Part shown: positions 1 to 18,526 of the stretch, piece by piece | How positions within the stretch are numbered: position 1 is the first letter of the stretch | Layout of the letters: each line of letters opens with the position of its first letter | Assembly (NCBI RefSeq): GCF_030222135.1 | Contig: NW_026988463.1 | Location: 27,176,907 to 27,240,906 of the forward strand | Reading direction: 5' to 3' | Source of the DNA: Aotus nancymaae | Lineage: Eukaryota | Length of the DNA: 64,000 bases | Program-made: the position numbers and the translations under genes | The notes under the pieces: generated by a model | Seen by the model: only the letters and a program-made list of their open reading frames with translations | Told to the model about the DNA's origin: nothing | Database searches by the model: none

Positions 1-134
1 AAACATTACAGAGAATGCCATCTTCAGCAGGGCTTTGAAAGCCACTGAAGACGTCAGCTGCCAAGCCTGTATCCTGTGGGCAGCAGCAAAGGCCTGTTCA
101 AGCCGAGTCCTGACTGACTCTGAGCATGGTGAGT

Positions 135-428
135 TTTTTTTTTTATTGAGATGGAGTCTCACTCTGTCACCCAGGCTGCAGTGCAATGGTGAGATCTCAG
201 CTCACTGTAACCTCCCCTCCCGGGTTCAAGCTATTCTCATGTCTCAGCCTCCCAAGTAGCTAGGATTACAGGCACCCGCCACCATGCCCGGCTAATTTTT
301 GTATTTTTAGTAGAGACGGGGTTTTGCCATGTTGGTTAGGTTGGCCTCTAACTCCTGACCTCAGGTGATCCACCTGCCTCAGCCTCCCAAAGTGCTGGGA
401 TTACAGGTGTGAGCCACCGTGCCCAGGC
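135..428 (-). mobile_element. Alu SINE (full length, minus orientation)
   Basis: T-run then gagatggagtctcactctgtcacccaggctg ... cctcccaaagtgctgggattacaggtgtgagccaccgtgccc. Confidence 0.9.
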
Positions 429-1627
429 AGCAATGTCTAACATTCATTTCTTTTGCCTGGAATCTTGCCCCACACCTCCTCACATCTATATCAATGATCT
501 TTCCAGGTCAGTTTGATGCCACCTTTCCATGACACCTAGCTTGACAGTGCATCTTCCTCCCTACACTGTGAACTGGCTCCTGGAGGACAGGGATGCTCCC
601 ATGCTTTCCATACCAGTGCCATGGAAAAACAGGACCAGAACATATGTGGGCAAACACTAGAAGCCATCTCTTCTTTCTTGGTTCACAGCAGTAGCAGCTA
701 CTCTGTCCCGATTCTGCATTTTCCACCTGGCCTCACATACTGATGTTCCTCTCTGACTTCCTCTCCTATGAGCCCCCCAAGCTCTGGGTCTGCTGGGTTT
801 GATGTGCCCATCTCTGAGCTTTCCCTTTCTCAGAGTGCCATCTGGCAGAGAGCTTACCTGTGCACATTTCTGGGTCTGTGGACACAGGAGAGGGGACTCT
901 TGACAGATGATTTAGGAAAGACAAGACTGAGAGATGGGGTCATGAGTGCCTAAGCATCTTCTTGTGTGGCATCTTCCTTAACTACAGAAGCCCCCTGGGA
1001 CAGAGTAGGCACTAACCTCTGGCCTCCTCAAGTCACTCTGTTCAGTAGTTCCCAGGCTTTATTTGGGCTAGGGGTAGGAACACAGAGCCAAGTTAAAACT
1101 GCTACTGGCTCCTGGATGGTGGAAGGGACAGCACAGGGGCTAAGTGGCCAGACACAGAAAGCAAGACCCCTGAACTGCGATGACCTGAGGACTAGTATAC
1201 ACTGGGCCATGAGGTGGGGTGATTGGAGTTAGGGAAGGAGGCCACATATACAAAGGACTTAATTAAGAGGTTCTGTCTGGATCGAGGGCAGAAGCAGTTA
1301 GGACAGCAGCTGGCTCCCCAAGCTGTGCCCTGACACACAGACCAGGTGGTCTCAGAGGGACAGCTCTTCCAAGTCTCCTTTGCTTTGCTTTCATCCTCTG
1401 GACCTGAAAGATCTGATCCAGATCACTCCTTGAACCGGAAGCAAAAATGCTCATCCTTGAAACTGCTGGCCCCAAGTGAGAAGTTTTGCTGAGGGCTAAA
1501 GAGGTTGGAAAATTGAAAGGATCCCCAGGAGGAGGCCTCCTTAGGTCCCCAAGGAAGCAGCACTGAGGAGACACTGATCTTAGCGTTTTAGTGATTCAAT
1601 GGAGTAGAATTTGGGGTGAATTAATTT

Positions 1628-1926
1628 ATTTGTTTGAGACAGACTCTCGCTCTGTCACCCAGGCTGGAGTGCAGTGGCCGCAATCTCAGTTCACTGCAAC
1701 CTCCACTTCCCGGGTTCAAGTGGTTCTCCTGCCTCAGCCTCCTGAGTAGCTGGAATTACAGGCACATGCCACCACACCTGGCTAATTTTTGTATTTTTTT
1801 TTTTTTGTAGAGATGGGGTTTCACCATGTTGACCAGGCTATTCTCAAACTCCTGACCTCAGGTGATCCAGGCGCCTTGGCCTCCCAAAGTGCTGGGATTA
1901 CAGGCATGAGCCACTGTGCTCGGCCT
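1628..1926 (-). mobile_element. Alu SINE
   Basis: tttgagacagactctcgctctgtcacccaggctggagtgcagtgg ... gattacaggcatgagccactgtgctcggcc. Confidence 0.9.
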
Positions 1927-2057
1927 AGGGTGATTTTAATGGGAGAGGAACAAGATCACAGCTGTCTCTGCTGAAGGATCTGACAGGCTAAACCCGTTGC
2001 AGCTCTGCTGCTAAGCCACACATCAGGAAGAGAATTCACCCAAGGCCCCACTGCTCA

Positions 2058-2264
<207 letters not shown>

Positions 2265-2316
2265 TCAACAAACTCCCTAATTTGCGGACCCAGCCTTTCC
2301 ACTCCTGCCTCCCCTA

Positions 2317-2869
<553 letters not shown>

Positions 2870-2877
2870 TTAGCTCA

Positions 2878-3192
<315 letters not shown>

Positions 3193-3295
3193 TCAGTTTC
3201 CTTTCTCTGCTCTATTCTTGGAGTTGTACCTTCTGCTACCCTAGCCTTTGTCTTTCTAGGTCTCCACCTTACCTCCCTGCTAGAGTAGAGCTTCA

Positions 3296-3811
<516 letters not shown>

Positions 3812-5009
3812 CTACTCTCATCCGGACCTTGGATTTAAGAGAATATCTCTGTCCCCTTCCTCATACAAAGACCTTAAAAAGCATCCACCTAACACCTACT
3901 CCATCCTCATCTCTCTATTGGTGTTAGGAATAAACAGATAGAGCCCATATCTCTGCTCTTGGAGTTTTACAATCTGGTAGGATACACAGATATACACACT
4001 TTGCTGTGATTTAGGAAAAGAAAATGAGAATATACTCTCTAAGGAGTAACTGATTCTGCTCAAGGAAGGAAGATTTTGACCAAAGAGAAAGAAATTCTAA
4101 GAATCAGGAATAGTACAAAAGCAAGACTTCCCAATCTTTTTCACATGGTCACATGTATTTTACACCATAATGAGGAAAATAAAGGATGCTGCTTACAACT
4201 GGACTAGACTCCACATACCAATCACACATTCATGCATTCTGGTGGAGAAGCTGCAGCTTAGGCCACAGCAGGGAGTGTAGTATATGTTGAGGGAATGAAG
4301 CTGGAAAGAAACGAAGCCAGATTGTGAAGGGCCTAGTATGGGAGCTAGCAAACTTCTGCAAAAAGGCAGATTGTATATATTTTAGGCTTTGTGGGCCATG
4401 TGTTCCTTTTACAACTACTCAACTCTGCCACTGTAGTCAGAAAGCAGCTATAGACAATATGTAAATAAACGATAAAACTTTATGTACTATAAAAAAAATC
4501 TTATTCCTGATCAGATTTGACCTGCAGGCCATGGTTTGCCACCCTCGGCCTAGAAAAACAGCCAAATAGTTTGAACTTTAAATCCCAGTGGGATTATAAA
4601 GTAGCTGCCCTTCTGAGTTCTGTCCCCAAATCTGGGTGATCTTCTCTGACACTACCCAGCTGCAGCTTGGGTAGGTAGGTTGGCTGGCTGGTCTGTGTTT
4701 CCCCAAGTCTCCCCATATGTCCCCCAGCCTCTACTTGGGGCTCACCCTCGCTGCTCCACCCTCTTTGTGCACAGTAACTATGTCTGATTCAGCCTCTCCT
4801 CTTTCCCTATAGTATCCTAGAGAAGGCCCATCATGGGGAGTACCTGTGAACATTTCCTAAGTGAACAGTGAAGGCTCAGGGAACAAAGCAGTGCCAAGGA
4901 GGGAGCAAGGATCCCAGGGAGGCAGGTCAGAGAAACTCTCTGGGGAAGTGATAACATGAGCAGACCTAGGAGAAGGAGGTGATGGCATGAGGGAAGAGGA
5001 GGGACCTTA

Positions 5010-5297
<288 letters not shown>

Positions 5298-5559
5298 TCA
5301 TGTTGAAGAAGCTCTTTCTGCCCTGGTCATGTTGTGGATACCCCTAAGCGTGGCCTCAGTGCTTTCCCTGCTCTACAAGCAGGTCCAGTGGGGTGGACAG
5401 CAGGCTTCTCAGACTGTAATGTATATACAAATAATCTGGAGGATCTTATGAAAATGCGAATTTGGTCTCAGTCTCCCTGGGGTGATGCCCGAGGTTTTGC
5501 ATTTCTAACAAGCTCCCAGGTGATGCTGAGCACTTAAAAAAAAAAAGAGAGAGAGAGTC

Positions 5560-5660
5560 CCAGACTTGTCTTCAACTCCAGGGCTCCAGCAATCCTCCCC
5601 TGTTAGCTTCCCAAAGTGCGGGGATTACAGGCAGAAGCCACCATGCCTGGCCCAGGACAT
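5560..5660 (-). mobile_element. Alu fragment (partial monomer)
   Basis: cttcccaaagtgcggggattacaggcagaagccaccatgcctggccc. Confidence 0.7.
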
Positions 5661-5776
5661 GTTTTGAATTGCCAAGGCTGAAGTAGACCAGCACCTCACA
5701 GGGTTGTTCTAAGGATTAAAAGGGTTGACATCTGACCAAAACCTAAACCAGACAGCGAACTGCCAGACTTCTCTGT

Positions 5777-6091
5777 GTTTTTTTTTTTTTTTTGGTGGTT
5801 GGGGGGCAGAGTCTTGCTCTGTCACCCCAGGCTGGAGTGCAGTGGCATGACTGCACTCCAGCTCACTGCAACCTCTGCCTCCCGGGTTCAAGCAATCCTC
5901 CCACCTCTGACTCCCAAGTAGAGCTGGGATTATAGGCGCCCATCACCATGCCTGGCTAGTTTTTGTATTTTCAGTAGAAACAGTTTTCACTATGTTGGCC
6001 AAGCTGGTCTCGAATTCCTGACCTCGAGTGATCTGCCCACCTCTGCCTCCGAAAGTCCTGGGATTACAGGCTGAACCACCACAGCCAGCCC
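5777..6091 (-). mobile_element. Alu SINE
   Basis: T-run then gcagagtcttgctctgtcaccccaggctggagtgcagtggc ... ctgggattacaggctgaaccaccacagccagccc. Confidence 0.9.
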
Positions 6092-6239
6092 GTGCCTCCA
6101 TTTCTTAACTGGGGTTTCTAATATGTACTGAGATGTATGTATACCCACAGACCCCGCCCCCCCGCCACCCTGCAAACTGTTAATGATGATCTTCTCTTGA
6201 TGGGGAATTATGTGGGTTCTGTAAAAACCACTGACAGAG

Positions 6240-6375
6240 TCGGGCGCAGTGGCTCATGCCTGTAATCCTAGCACTTAGAGAGGCCGAGGTGGGTGGATCA
6301 CCTTAGGTCAGGAGTTCACGACCAGCCTGGCCATCATGGTGAAACCCTTCTTTTTAAAAAAAATACAAAAAACAA
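6240..6375 (+). mobile_element. Alu fragment (left monomer, FLAM-like)
   Basis: gtcgggcgcagtggctcatgcctgtaatcctagcact ... catggtgaaaccc. Confidence 0.8.
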
Positions 6376-7296
6376 AAAAACAACCACTGACTACAATTCT
6401 TCTCTCATGTAAACTTACCCCTGAATTTCCTTCAGATGATTAAATCAAGTCTTTTTTTAAAAAAAAAAAAAAAAAAATCAAGTCTTTTTTTAAGAATTGG
6501 CAACTGAATTATTTTTATCATCCGAAAACACAATGAAGATAAAACTTAAAAAGAAAAGTCCTCTATTTTTGTGAGGATTAAATGAGCTGAAAACATCTAA
6601 GGAGAGTATTACTCTATTTTACGTTGGAGGATAACATACTGTAGCTAACGGTGGAATTCAAACCTAGATCTCTTCCCCTCTAAAAATCTGCTTTTGGTAG
6701 GCTGCCGTATTGCTTCCCTATTATGTAACAACTGGGAAAGCTCCCGGCAGCTCTCTCTCTTCCTTGCTGGTGGTAGCAGCTGGTTGCTGAGAGCCATAGG
6801 TCTCGAAGAAGGCAAAAGACTGGCTGGCATACATAACCAACACAGAAACAGCAAGACAAAAGGCAGACAGATGACCCCTAGAAAGAATCTTATATCTAAG
6901 TAAGGCATGCCCATAAGCAGATGGCCTGTTTCAAAAATTGAACCTCCATTCCTTCATCTGATAAATGGGGCTACCAATACCATTTCTCACATTATGGTTG
7001 TAAAGCGCTTGCACATCTAGTTCTCATCTCTTCCTCATGGCAATCCCGAAAGGAGCAAGCAGGTAAAAACTTGCAGATGCACGTGTGCAGATAGAAAATT
7101 GAGGTCCACTGACTTGTCAAAAATGTGTGAAGGACCCTCCTCTGCCTGCTTTCACAGGATGTTCTGGGAGAACCCAGAAAGATGGCAGATGTAGAAGCAC
7201 AGTGATCAATCTAAGGGGAAGGAAGTCAGTGCTGAGCTAGAGTGTAGACTCTGCTGAGACAGAACTGGACTTTAATTCCAGCTCTGACATTTATTA

Positions 7297-7940
<644 letters not shown>

Positions 7941-7942
7941 CC

Positions 7943-8233
<291 letters not shown>

Positions 8234-11200
8234 TGTAGAAACTGCTTTTTAATGTCCATCTCCCATTTTCCAGATGAGGAAACCTCAGCATAGAGGGGTT
8301 AGCTGACTTGCCCAGGGTCATCAGCTAGTGAGTGACAGCTTCAAAAGAAGATCTAACTCCAAAGTGCCCCAGCGGCCCTCAGAGTCCTCCTCACCCCCCT
8401 CATCTTTGCATCCCCAGGGGACCTGTAGTCAGAGCCAAATTCTACCGACTAGCCTGTGTGACTTTAGGAAGCTTATTTTATCACTGCAAGCCTCCATTTC
8501 TCTTTAATTACAGTGTCTACCCCCATTAAGAATGTGAGGATTCAAAGTAATAATGAACATACAATGTTTAGCACAGTGCCTGGCAGCAAGTGCTCAGTCC
8601 TTAGCTGTTGTTATTATTATACCCTTTCTCTTGCTCCCCACTCCTCAATCCTGCAACTTGCTTCTGCCCTCACTATTCAGCAGGGTCACCTATGACCTCC
8701 CTACTGCTAGATCCAGTAGGCACACTCAGCCTCAATCCTGTTGGACCTCCCAGAAGCATGCGGTGCTCTTGGGAAACACCCTTTTCCCTTCATTTCCACG
8801 CCCCCGACTTTCCTGGTTGTCTTACTGTTCTAGCTCTGTTCACTCCTCAGTTCTGCCAGTCTTCAGGGCTTTTCCTAGGCTTTGTCTATCCTTTCTCTAG
8901 ACCAGCGTTTCTCAGATTCAGCACTACTGACATTTCGGGCTGGCTAATTCCTGCTATGGGGCTGTCCTGTGCATTTAGACTGTTAGCACACGCCTACTAG
9001 ATGCCAGTGGCATTCTCCACCCTCACCCTCAAGTTGTAACAACTAAAAATGTCTCCAGACATATCCAAATGTCCTGTGAGGGACAAAGTTGTCCCCAGCT
9101 GAGACCACTCAGACTCATTTCATGGACAGGTCACCCACTCTCTTGGCTTCAGTACCAACTTACAGCTGATGAGTCCTATTCAAGCTCTGCACAAGAGCTC
9201 TCAACTGCAGACCCACGTTCGCAGCAACTGCCCTAGCAGCTCCTCTTAAACTCTACTTGTCCTAAACTGAACTCTCCTTCCCCATCTCTCTGCAACCTTC
9301 CCATCGTTTTATCTCTGATATAAACGAATAGCACCAACCCCAAAAGGGGGAGTCTTTAACTCCAACGTCTCTTACCTCCCACATTGGTTCATCATTAACA
9401 TCCATCAAGCCTGTCTTTTTAAATCTCTCTTGAACAAGTCCAATTCTCTCCATTCCCACTGCACAACCTCTGCCCAAGGTCATGGTCTTTACAGCCTTCC
9501 TTGCTGATGGTAGCAAGGTGTCTCCCTGCCCAATAGTCATTCCCTCCGTATCCTTACTTGCAGTCTAAGTTAACAGTCATGATGAATTTCCTTCAGTTCC
9601 TACAAAACACCAAGTTCTCTGGCACCTTTGGGTTTTGTCCATATTAATCTCTCTCCCTAGAATATCTGCATTGCTCCCCACCCCACCCTGGAATGACTGA
9701 GGTAAACACATCTTAATTCCTCGTAAAAAACAAAACCAAAACTCTCCCCTGGTAGACACTAAGGCTTTATCAGGTGCACCCACAGCTCTTGTTAGCTCCT
9801 CCATAAGCACTTGTCATATCCCACTATTGTGTGTTTGTCACTTTCTCCACTTGACTGCCAACTCTGAGAACAATCATCTATCCCGCTCACCTTTCTATCC
9901 CCAATACTGGCGCAGAGTAGGCCCTCAGCAAATCTTTATTTGCTGAACAAATTAAGATTTGCTGAATAAACTACTAATCACTGGCTTGTTCACTTCCATC
10001 ATGAAAGTGGTTCGCCGCCTTTTCTGCCCCAGAGCTCACAGTCCAGGGGAGGAGGGCCACAGGTAAACAACTGTTTATGGCACAAGAGTCTAGCCCTTTC
10101 ACGATAAAAGCAACCTTGTTGGACCAGGCTAGCACTTATTTCTAATTTTCCCTTCTTCCACAATTCCTAAATTTCATTCACTCTTCTCCCTTTTATTGAT
10201 GAGGAAATTGAGCTGAGAGAGCATCTTTGGCCTCTTTTACACCATAAATAAGAAAATACTTGCTGTTCTTGTCTTCTTAGTCAAGGCCTGGCAAACTCCT
10301 ATCCAACCTTTGAAACCCATCTCAAGTATCACTCCCTTAATGAAGCCCTCTCAGAATACCCAAGGGTTTACTTCAGATTCCACACACTCAGTTTATACAC
10401 ATCTCTCATTGTTTCGTATTACATCTGGTTATGTGACACTCTATTGAAATAGATTGTAAGTTCCTCTAGGAAGGGACATTATTCATTCAGGCATTTTCAT
10501 ATCTACCATGCACCAGACACAATGCATCTTGAAAGGGTAAGGGGAGAGTGTGCTCAGCCAGCAGGGATGGCATGTACTTGGGCATAATGATTAAGAGCAG
10601 AGGCTCTAGACTTAGACTCCTTGAGAGCAAATTCAGGCCCCAATGTTTACTAGTTGTGTTAACTCTAAACAAACTATTTAACAACAGTTTCCTCACGTGT
10701 AAAACAAAGACAATAATAGTAACAACCTTATATAGCATTGTGCGGACAATAAATGGTTCATCACCATAAATTGCCTACAGCTGTGCCTCGTACACAGCAC
10801 GGACTTTATAGGTGTAAGGCATTCTCCTAAATGTCTGTTTCCTCACGAGGCTAACAAGGGCTCCAATAAATTACTATGACGCCCACCATCATCACTGACC
10901 AGGACTCAGTCTCCGGGGTTAGAGGCGCATGTAAACAAATACTCACATACAAGATTTTGGGTGTCCTAACAGCCTTTAAATAGCATTCACTTCCACGCCA
11001 GAGTGAAAGGAAACTTTAGTCCCTTATTTCCCTTTTCTGTGATCGCAGAGCATCTTACGCTGTCAATTCAAACCCAGCTGCAGTTGGTCTACCCTCAGTC
11101 CGCCCTCCGGCATCTCTCAGGGAAGTCTCTGCACCCAAACACCATGTCCCATACAGAACCCTTCCCAAAACACGCCTCCAGCTCCCTTCTCGTTCTCGTG

Positions 11201-11563
11201 GTTAGAGCGTCCGCCACTCTTCTCTCGCTTATTCAGGTAATCTCCAGGGATGAGGCCGCGACCCCCATTTCACAGACGAAGAAACCGAAGCTCACAAAGT
11301 AAAAGTGCGTGGGGTTCAAGCCAAGAGCCTGGGCTGAAGACCTGCGTCTACTGACCCGAGGAGAAAGCAGGAAACAGGGAGAACGCAGGAGCCGGGTGGG
11401 CCGACCGGCTCGAGATCCCACACTCCACCGTCTCCCTCTCCCCGCCCCCACGCCATGGCGGCCTCTCCGCGACAACCCGCGGAGCCTAGACCACACTCCG
11501 ACGCATGACCCCCACTAAGGTCCAGACGTCGGTGCCCGCCTTGCCCAGGCCGGCCTCAAGTAC

Positions 11564-11627
11564 CTGAGGTCGCCGTCGCTGCCGCCATCTCGCGTCGCCT
11601 CTGAAGCGTCGAGACCCCTGTGGCCAT
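11564..11627 (-). CDS. KIF22: KIF22 coding exon 1 (MATGVSTLQRRREMAAATATS/G)
   Basis: ATG at 11627–11625 (minus). Donor ACCTCAG|gtactt joins in frame to exon 2. Matches the kinesin Kid N-terminus, with a few substitutions and a 2-aa shorter Ala/Ser run versus my recollection of human. Confidence 0.85.
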
Positions 11628-11656
11628 TCCACGCCCTTCTTGGGCCCGCTTCTCCC

Positions 11657-11702
11657 ATTCGAATTTCCCGGTGCCCCGCCCCCTCCCCAGGCTCCACCAA
11701 TG
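11657..11702 (-). promoter_or_regulatory. KIF22: Candidate cell-cycle promoter module: CCAAT box, E2F/CDE-like TTTCCCGG and CHR-like TTCGAA
   Basis: ccaat at 11697–11701, ttcgaa at 11658–11663 and tttcccgg at 11664–11671, all 30–75 nt upstream of the ATG. The spacing resembles G2/M promoters bound by NF-Y/DREAM, but this is motif-level inference only. Confidence 0.35.
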
Positions 11703-12371
11703 ATGGCTACGCACCGCCGGAAGCTCCTGCCTGTGGCTCGCGATTATCCCGCCCCCCAGCGCCGGCCTCCAGGTCTCCAAGGGTCAGGACGCATGCGCGC
11801 GCGTGGGCCGCGCAGCCGTTGACGGCTAGACGCGCGCTGCGGTACAGACCCCGATGCGGAGTCGTTGGCGATGGTGGCCGTTGGGGGAGCTGCTGAGCGC
11901 CGCCCGGCACTGGGCTCCCTTTCCCTTCACTTTCTGCAGTTTCTTGCCTCCGTGGGTGCTTGGCTTGTCTGCGGAGTCAGGGTCGTTGGGTGGATCTGTC
12001 CACACAACGGGGCTGTCACGTCTGGTCGGTTCCGTAGATCTGGGCCACAGGGGCTGGATTGTGGGCAGTCACGTTGCGCATGCTGCCTGCTGGGCCCAAG
12101 GCCACTGTAGGTCCCCTCGCCGTGTATGTCAGCCCAGGAGAGCAGCTTGGATCCTGCCTTTATAACTTGGCATTCAGCACGTCGGCGAAGTATGGAAAAC
12201 ACTTGGTCTGTGACTCAATCCCCCTCACCCACGGTTCCAGTTCCCAGTACTTAAGGGTACAGCGGTCCGTTGAGTAGCTCCTGTCCCTTCTGTAAGGTTG
12301 GCCAGGGACGATCATTCCACCTTTGAGCCCCAATAGGTAGGGCCCTTGTTTAGACATTGTGTTCCACTCTA

Positions 12372-13302
<931 letters not shown>

Positions 13303-13405
13303 TAACAAACCAATTTCATATAAGTAACATTTAAAACTATTTTCCAAAACAAAAAGTTAGTGAAAAAAGTGGCACAATTTTACATTTTTACAAATCTAAT
13401 GTCTA

Positions 13406-13809
<404 letters not shown>

Positions 13810-13826
13810 TAGACCTCCATCTCTTA

Positions 13827-14243
<417 letters not shown>

Positions 14244-14517
14244 TCAAAAAAGGCTGTTCAAGTTTTCACATTTGTTGCCAACTCCAGTATTTGGTAAGAA
14301 ACCTGCCAGAAATAGTGGAAAGACCATAGATCAAAGAGATAGGGCTTCTACGTTTGAATAAATCATTTATGTACAGGGCCTTGGTGCCACGCCACCAAGG
14401 GCAGAGATTTAACCTCTTTGTGCCTCCATTTCCTCAGATATTCAAAGAGAATAATGGTTGAAATACCTGCTAGGGTTGTTTTAAGGATCTGCATCTGGCT
14501 GGTAGAAATTAGGGGGG

Positions 14518-14657
14518 TTTGGCCAAGTGTGGTGACTCATGCCTGTAATCCTAGCACTTTGGGAGGCTGAGGCAGGCAGATCACTTGAGGTCAGGAGTTC
14601 AAGACCAGCCTGGCCAACCTGGGGAAACCCCATCTCCACTAAAAATACAAAAATTAG
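14518..14657 (+). mobile_element. Alu left half
   Basis: ggccaagtgtggtgactcatgcctgtaatcctagcactttgggaggctgaggcagg ... ctaaaaatacaaaaattagg. Confidence 0.85.
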
Positions 14658-16035
<1,378 letters not shown>

Positions 16036-16247
16036 AGTGGGTGAGGCTGATGATTCTGTCCTTCGAGTATATGAAGATTAAATCTGGGACACAGCAGCAG
16101 TGATGGAGAGGAGAATGGGGCTGGATGATAGAGGACCGGACTCAGCCTGGGGTCCAGCTTCACAGTCCCCAGGTAGCTCTCTGTAGAAGGTCCTTCCCTG
16201 CAGGAACTGAGCTCAGCGTTTGTAGCTGCTGTGCCTGGATTAATTGA

Positions 16248-16610
<363 letters not shown>

Positions 16611-17319
16611 TAACTCAGGCTTTTAAAGAATTAGTTTTATTTAGAAATCTTACCGAAAATGGCAACCTGGGAGCGACTTTGAGTTTCCGTTAGACTGCTC
16701 CAGCCCGTAGTTTGCGTGCCGGTGCTGGTGGATCTGCCCTGCAGAGAGCTGCGTTAGCAACCATCCCCGCCCCCCAGCGCTGGACTCCGGGTCCCCAAGG
16801 AAAGGTCACCCTAATCAGGACGCAAGAGCGCGCGTGGTCCGCGCAGCCGTTGACGACGGAACGCGCGCTGCGGTACAAACCCAGACGCGGAGACGTTGGC
16901 GACTATGGCCGCTGGGGGAGTTGCTGAGCGCCGCCCGGCACTGGGCTCCCTTTCCCTTCACTCAGCAGTTTCTGCCTCCTGGGGTGCTTGGCTTGTCTGC
17001 GGAGCCAGGGTCGTTGTGTGGATCATGGGACTGCAACCCCAGCCAAGGGGCCTGCACGTCTGGTCGGTTCTGTCACTCACGGTTTCGGTTCTCAGTCCTT
17101 ACCGGTCCTGCGGTCTGTTAAGTAGCTCCCTGTCCCTTCTGGAAGCTTGCCCAGGGAAGATCATTCCATCTTTGAGTTCCAGGTAGGTACGGCCCTGTTT
17201 AGACATTATTATGTTCCACCTGATTGAACAACAAAACAAAACACAGATCTTAGATCAGTGTTTCTCAAACGTTTAGTCTTGGGAGGATCCCATTACAGTC
17301 TTAAAAAATGAGGCCTCTT

Positions 17320-17613
17320 GGCCTGCGCGGTGGCTCACACCTGTAATCCCAGCACTTCAGGAGGCCAAGGTGGGTGGATCAGGCGTTGGAGACCAGCCTG
17401 GCCAGCATGGTGAAACCCCGTCTCTACTAAAAATACAAAAAAATTAGCTCGGCGCGATGGTGGGCACCTGTAATCCCAGCTACTCAGGAGGCTGAGGCAG
17501 GAGAATTGCTTGAACCCGGGAGGTGGAGGTTGCAGTGAGCCGAGATCACAGCCACTGCACTCCAGTATGGGCAACAGTGTACGACTCCATCTCAAAAAAT
17601 TAAATAAATAAAA
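17320..17613 (+). mobile_element. Alu SINE (copy B only; TSD aaaaatgag..)
   Basis: ggcctgcgcggtggctcacacctgtaatcccagcacttcaggaggccaaggtgggtggatcagg ... ctcaaaaaattaaataaataaaaatg. Confidence 0.9.
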
Positions 17614-17764
17614 ATGAGTCTTCTAAAGATGCTCTCTGTATATATGGATTTTTATCCATATATGGATATTTTTACAGTATTCAAAATGAAACAAAATTAA
17701 AGTAACATTAATGAACTTTCAAGTTACAATAACAAACCCACAGACACAGAAATTACACCTGAGC

Positions 17765-17925
17765 AGTGGTTGCCAGGGGATGGTGAGGGGCTGAGGAATT
17801 GGCACTACAGAGAACAGATATAACCGCTTTCTTTTGGGAGTGGTGGAAATGTTCTGGAATGAGGTGGTGGTGATGGTTGTACAACACAGTGAATATACTA
17901 CCATGAAAGTGTACACTTGTAAAAT
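17765..17925 (+). mobile_element. LINE-1 3'-end fragment (mammalian L1 tail)
   Basis: gtggttgccaggggatggtgagggg ... ggtggtggtgatggttgtacaacacagtgaatatactaccatgaaagtgtacacttgtaaaatggc matches the common L1 3' terminus as I remember it. Family assignment is from memory only. Confidence 0.45.
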
Positions 17926-17929
17926 GGCA

Positions 17930-18092
17930 TTTTTTTTTTCTTATTAGAGACAAAGTCTCACTGTGTCACTCAGCCGGAGGGTACGGGTACGATCATAGCT
18001 CATGGCAACCTCAAACTCCAAGGTTCAAGTGATCCTCCTGCCTTGGCCTCTGGAAGTATTGGGATTACAGGCATGAGCCACAGCGTTGGGCC
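17930..18092 (-). mobile_element. Truncated old Alu-like element at the junction of duplication B and ZG16 pseudo-exon copy 1
   Basis: ttcttattagagacaaagtctcactgtgtcactcagcc ... gggattacaggcatgagccacagcgttgggcc|accatat. Confidence 0.75.
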
Positions 18093-18093
18093 A

Positions 18094-18526
18094 CCATATC
18101 TGTTTATTGAACCAATTGGATGGAGATTTGCAATAAGGGAATCCTCCCTCCTCACCACAGTGCCCCTGCCAAAGAAGAGGCTGGGGCTCTACAGCTGCTG
18201 AAGTCACTGGATAGGCTGGGATAGATGGTCCTAGCACAAGCCAATGGCATTGATTAGGGAATCACTGATGAATCAGAGCGTGATGCTACGTTGGGAGACA
18301 CCAGCATTGACATTCATGCCGCTATGTCTTTCCCAAAAGGAGGCAGTGGCCCTTGTCCCTCAAAAAGACCAGCTTCTCAGGTGGGACCTGAACTTTTCAG
18401 AAATGACACACTGAGACCTTCAAACTGGTGACGGGTAACAGATTTCTTGCCGGTCCCACTGCACATGAAGGTTGGGTGAGGCCTAGAAGATCCTTCTGGA
18501 AACTTCAACTCCTCATTTTGTCTACA
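18094..18526 (-). pseudogene. ZG16 terminal-exon pseudo-copy 1 (3' end, exon 3 and part of intron 2)
   Basis: accatatctgtttattgaaccaattggatgg ... cacagtgcccctgccaaagaagaggctgggg ... ccaatggcattgat ... ctttcccaaaaggaggcagtggcccttgtccctcaaaaagaccagcttctcag is collinear with the real ZG16 at 20700–21200. The minus-strand frame is degenerate (KLVFLRDKGHCLLLGKT*). Confidence 0.8.

Larger units (their letters stand above)
11380..12130. promoter_or_regulatory. KIF22: CpG island spanning KIF22 exon 1 / promoter
   Basis: Very high CpG density (e.g. cgcgacaacccgcggagcc, gcgcgcgtgggccgcgcagccgttgacgg). Contains the KIF22 start codon and upstream region. Confidence 0.8.
16760..18092. repeat. Segmental duplication copy B, paralogous to 11745–13100
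   Basis: ...cgcgcagccgttgacgacggaacgcgcgctgcggtacaaacccagacgcgg...ggccgctgggggagttgctgagcgccgcccggcactgggctccctttcccttcac... plus downstream segments (gacattattatgttccacctgattgaacaacaaaacaaaacacag ... gtacacttgtaaaatggc). CpG-rich at 16.69–17.1 kb. Confidence 0.85.

Noticed and set aside
1263-1574. 103-aa minus-strand ORF (..SDLDQIFQVQRMKAKQRRLG..) considered as a possible missing KIF22 exon 9
   Set aside because: No convincing match to the expected KIF22 exon-9 peptide (SPLQKLSSMDPAMLERLL...KDLEIERLKTKQKEL); the similarity is limited to a K/Q-rich stretch. Exon 9 is more likely beyond the window start.
11790-11800. NRF-1-like motif acgcatgcgcg in the KIF22 CpG island
   Set aside because: 9/10 match only, and such GC-rich palindromes are common in CpG islands; not reported as a feature.
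11854-12165. Plus-strand ORFs in the KIF22 upstream CpG island (MRSRWRWWPLGELLSAARHWAPFPFT..., MAMVAVGGAAERRPALGSLSLH...) and their paralogs at 16834–17186
   Set aside because: The peptide similarity between copies A and B follows from nucleotide similarity, but the frames are disrupted by 3-nt and non-3-nt indels after about 30 codons, so there is no coding constraint. Possibly a divergent promoter-upstream transcript, but not protein-coding.
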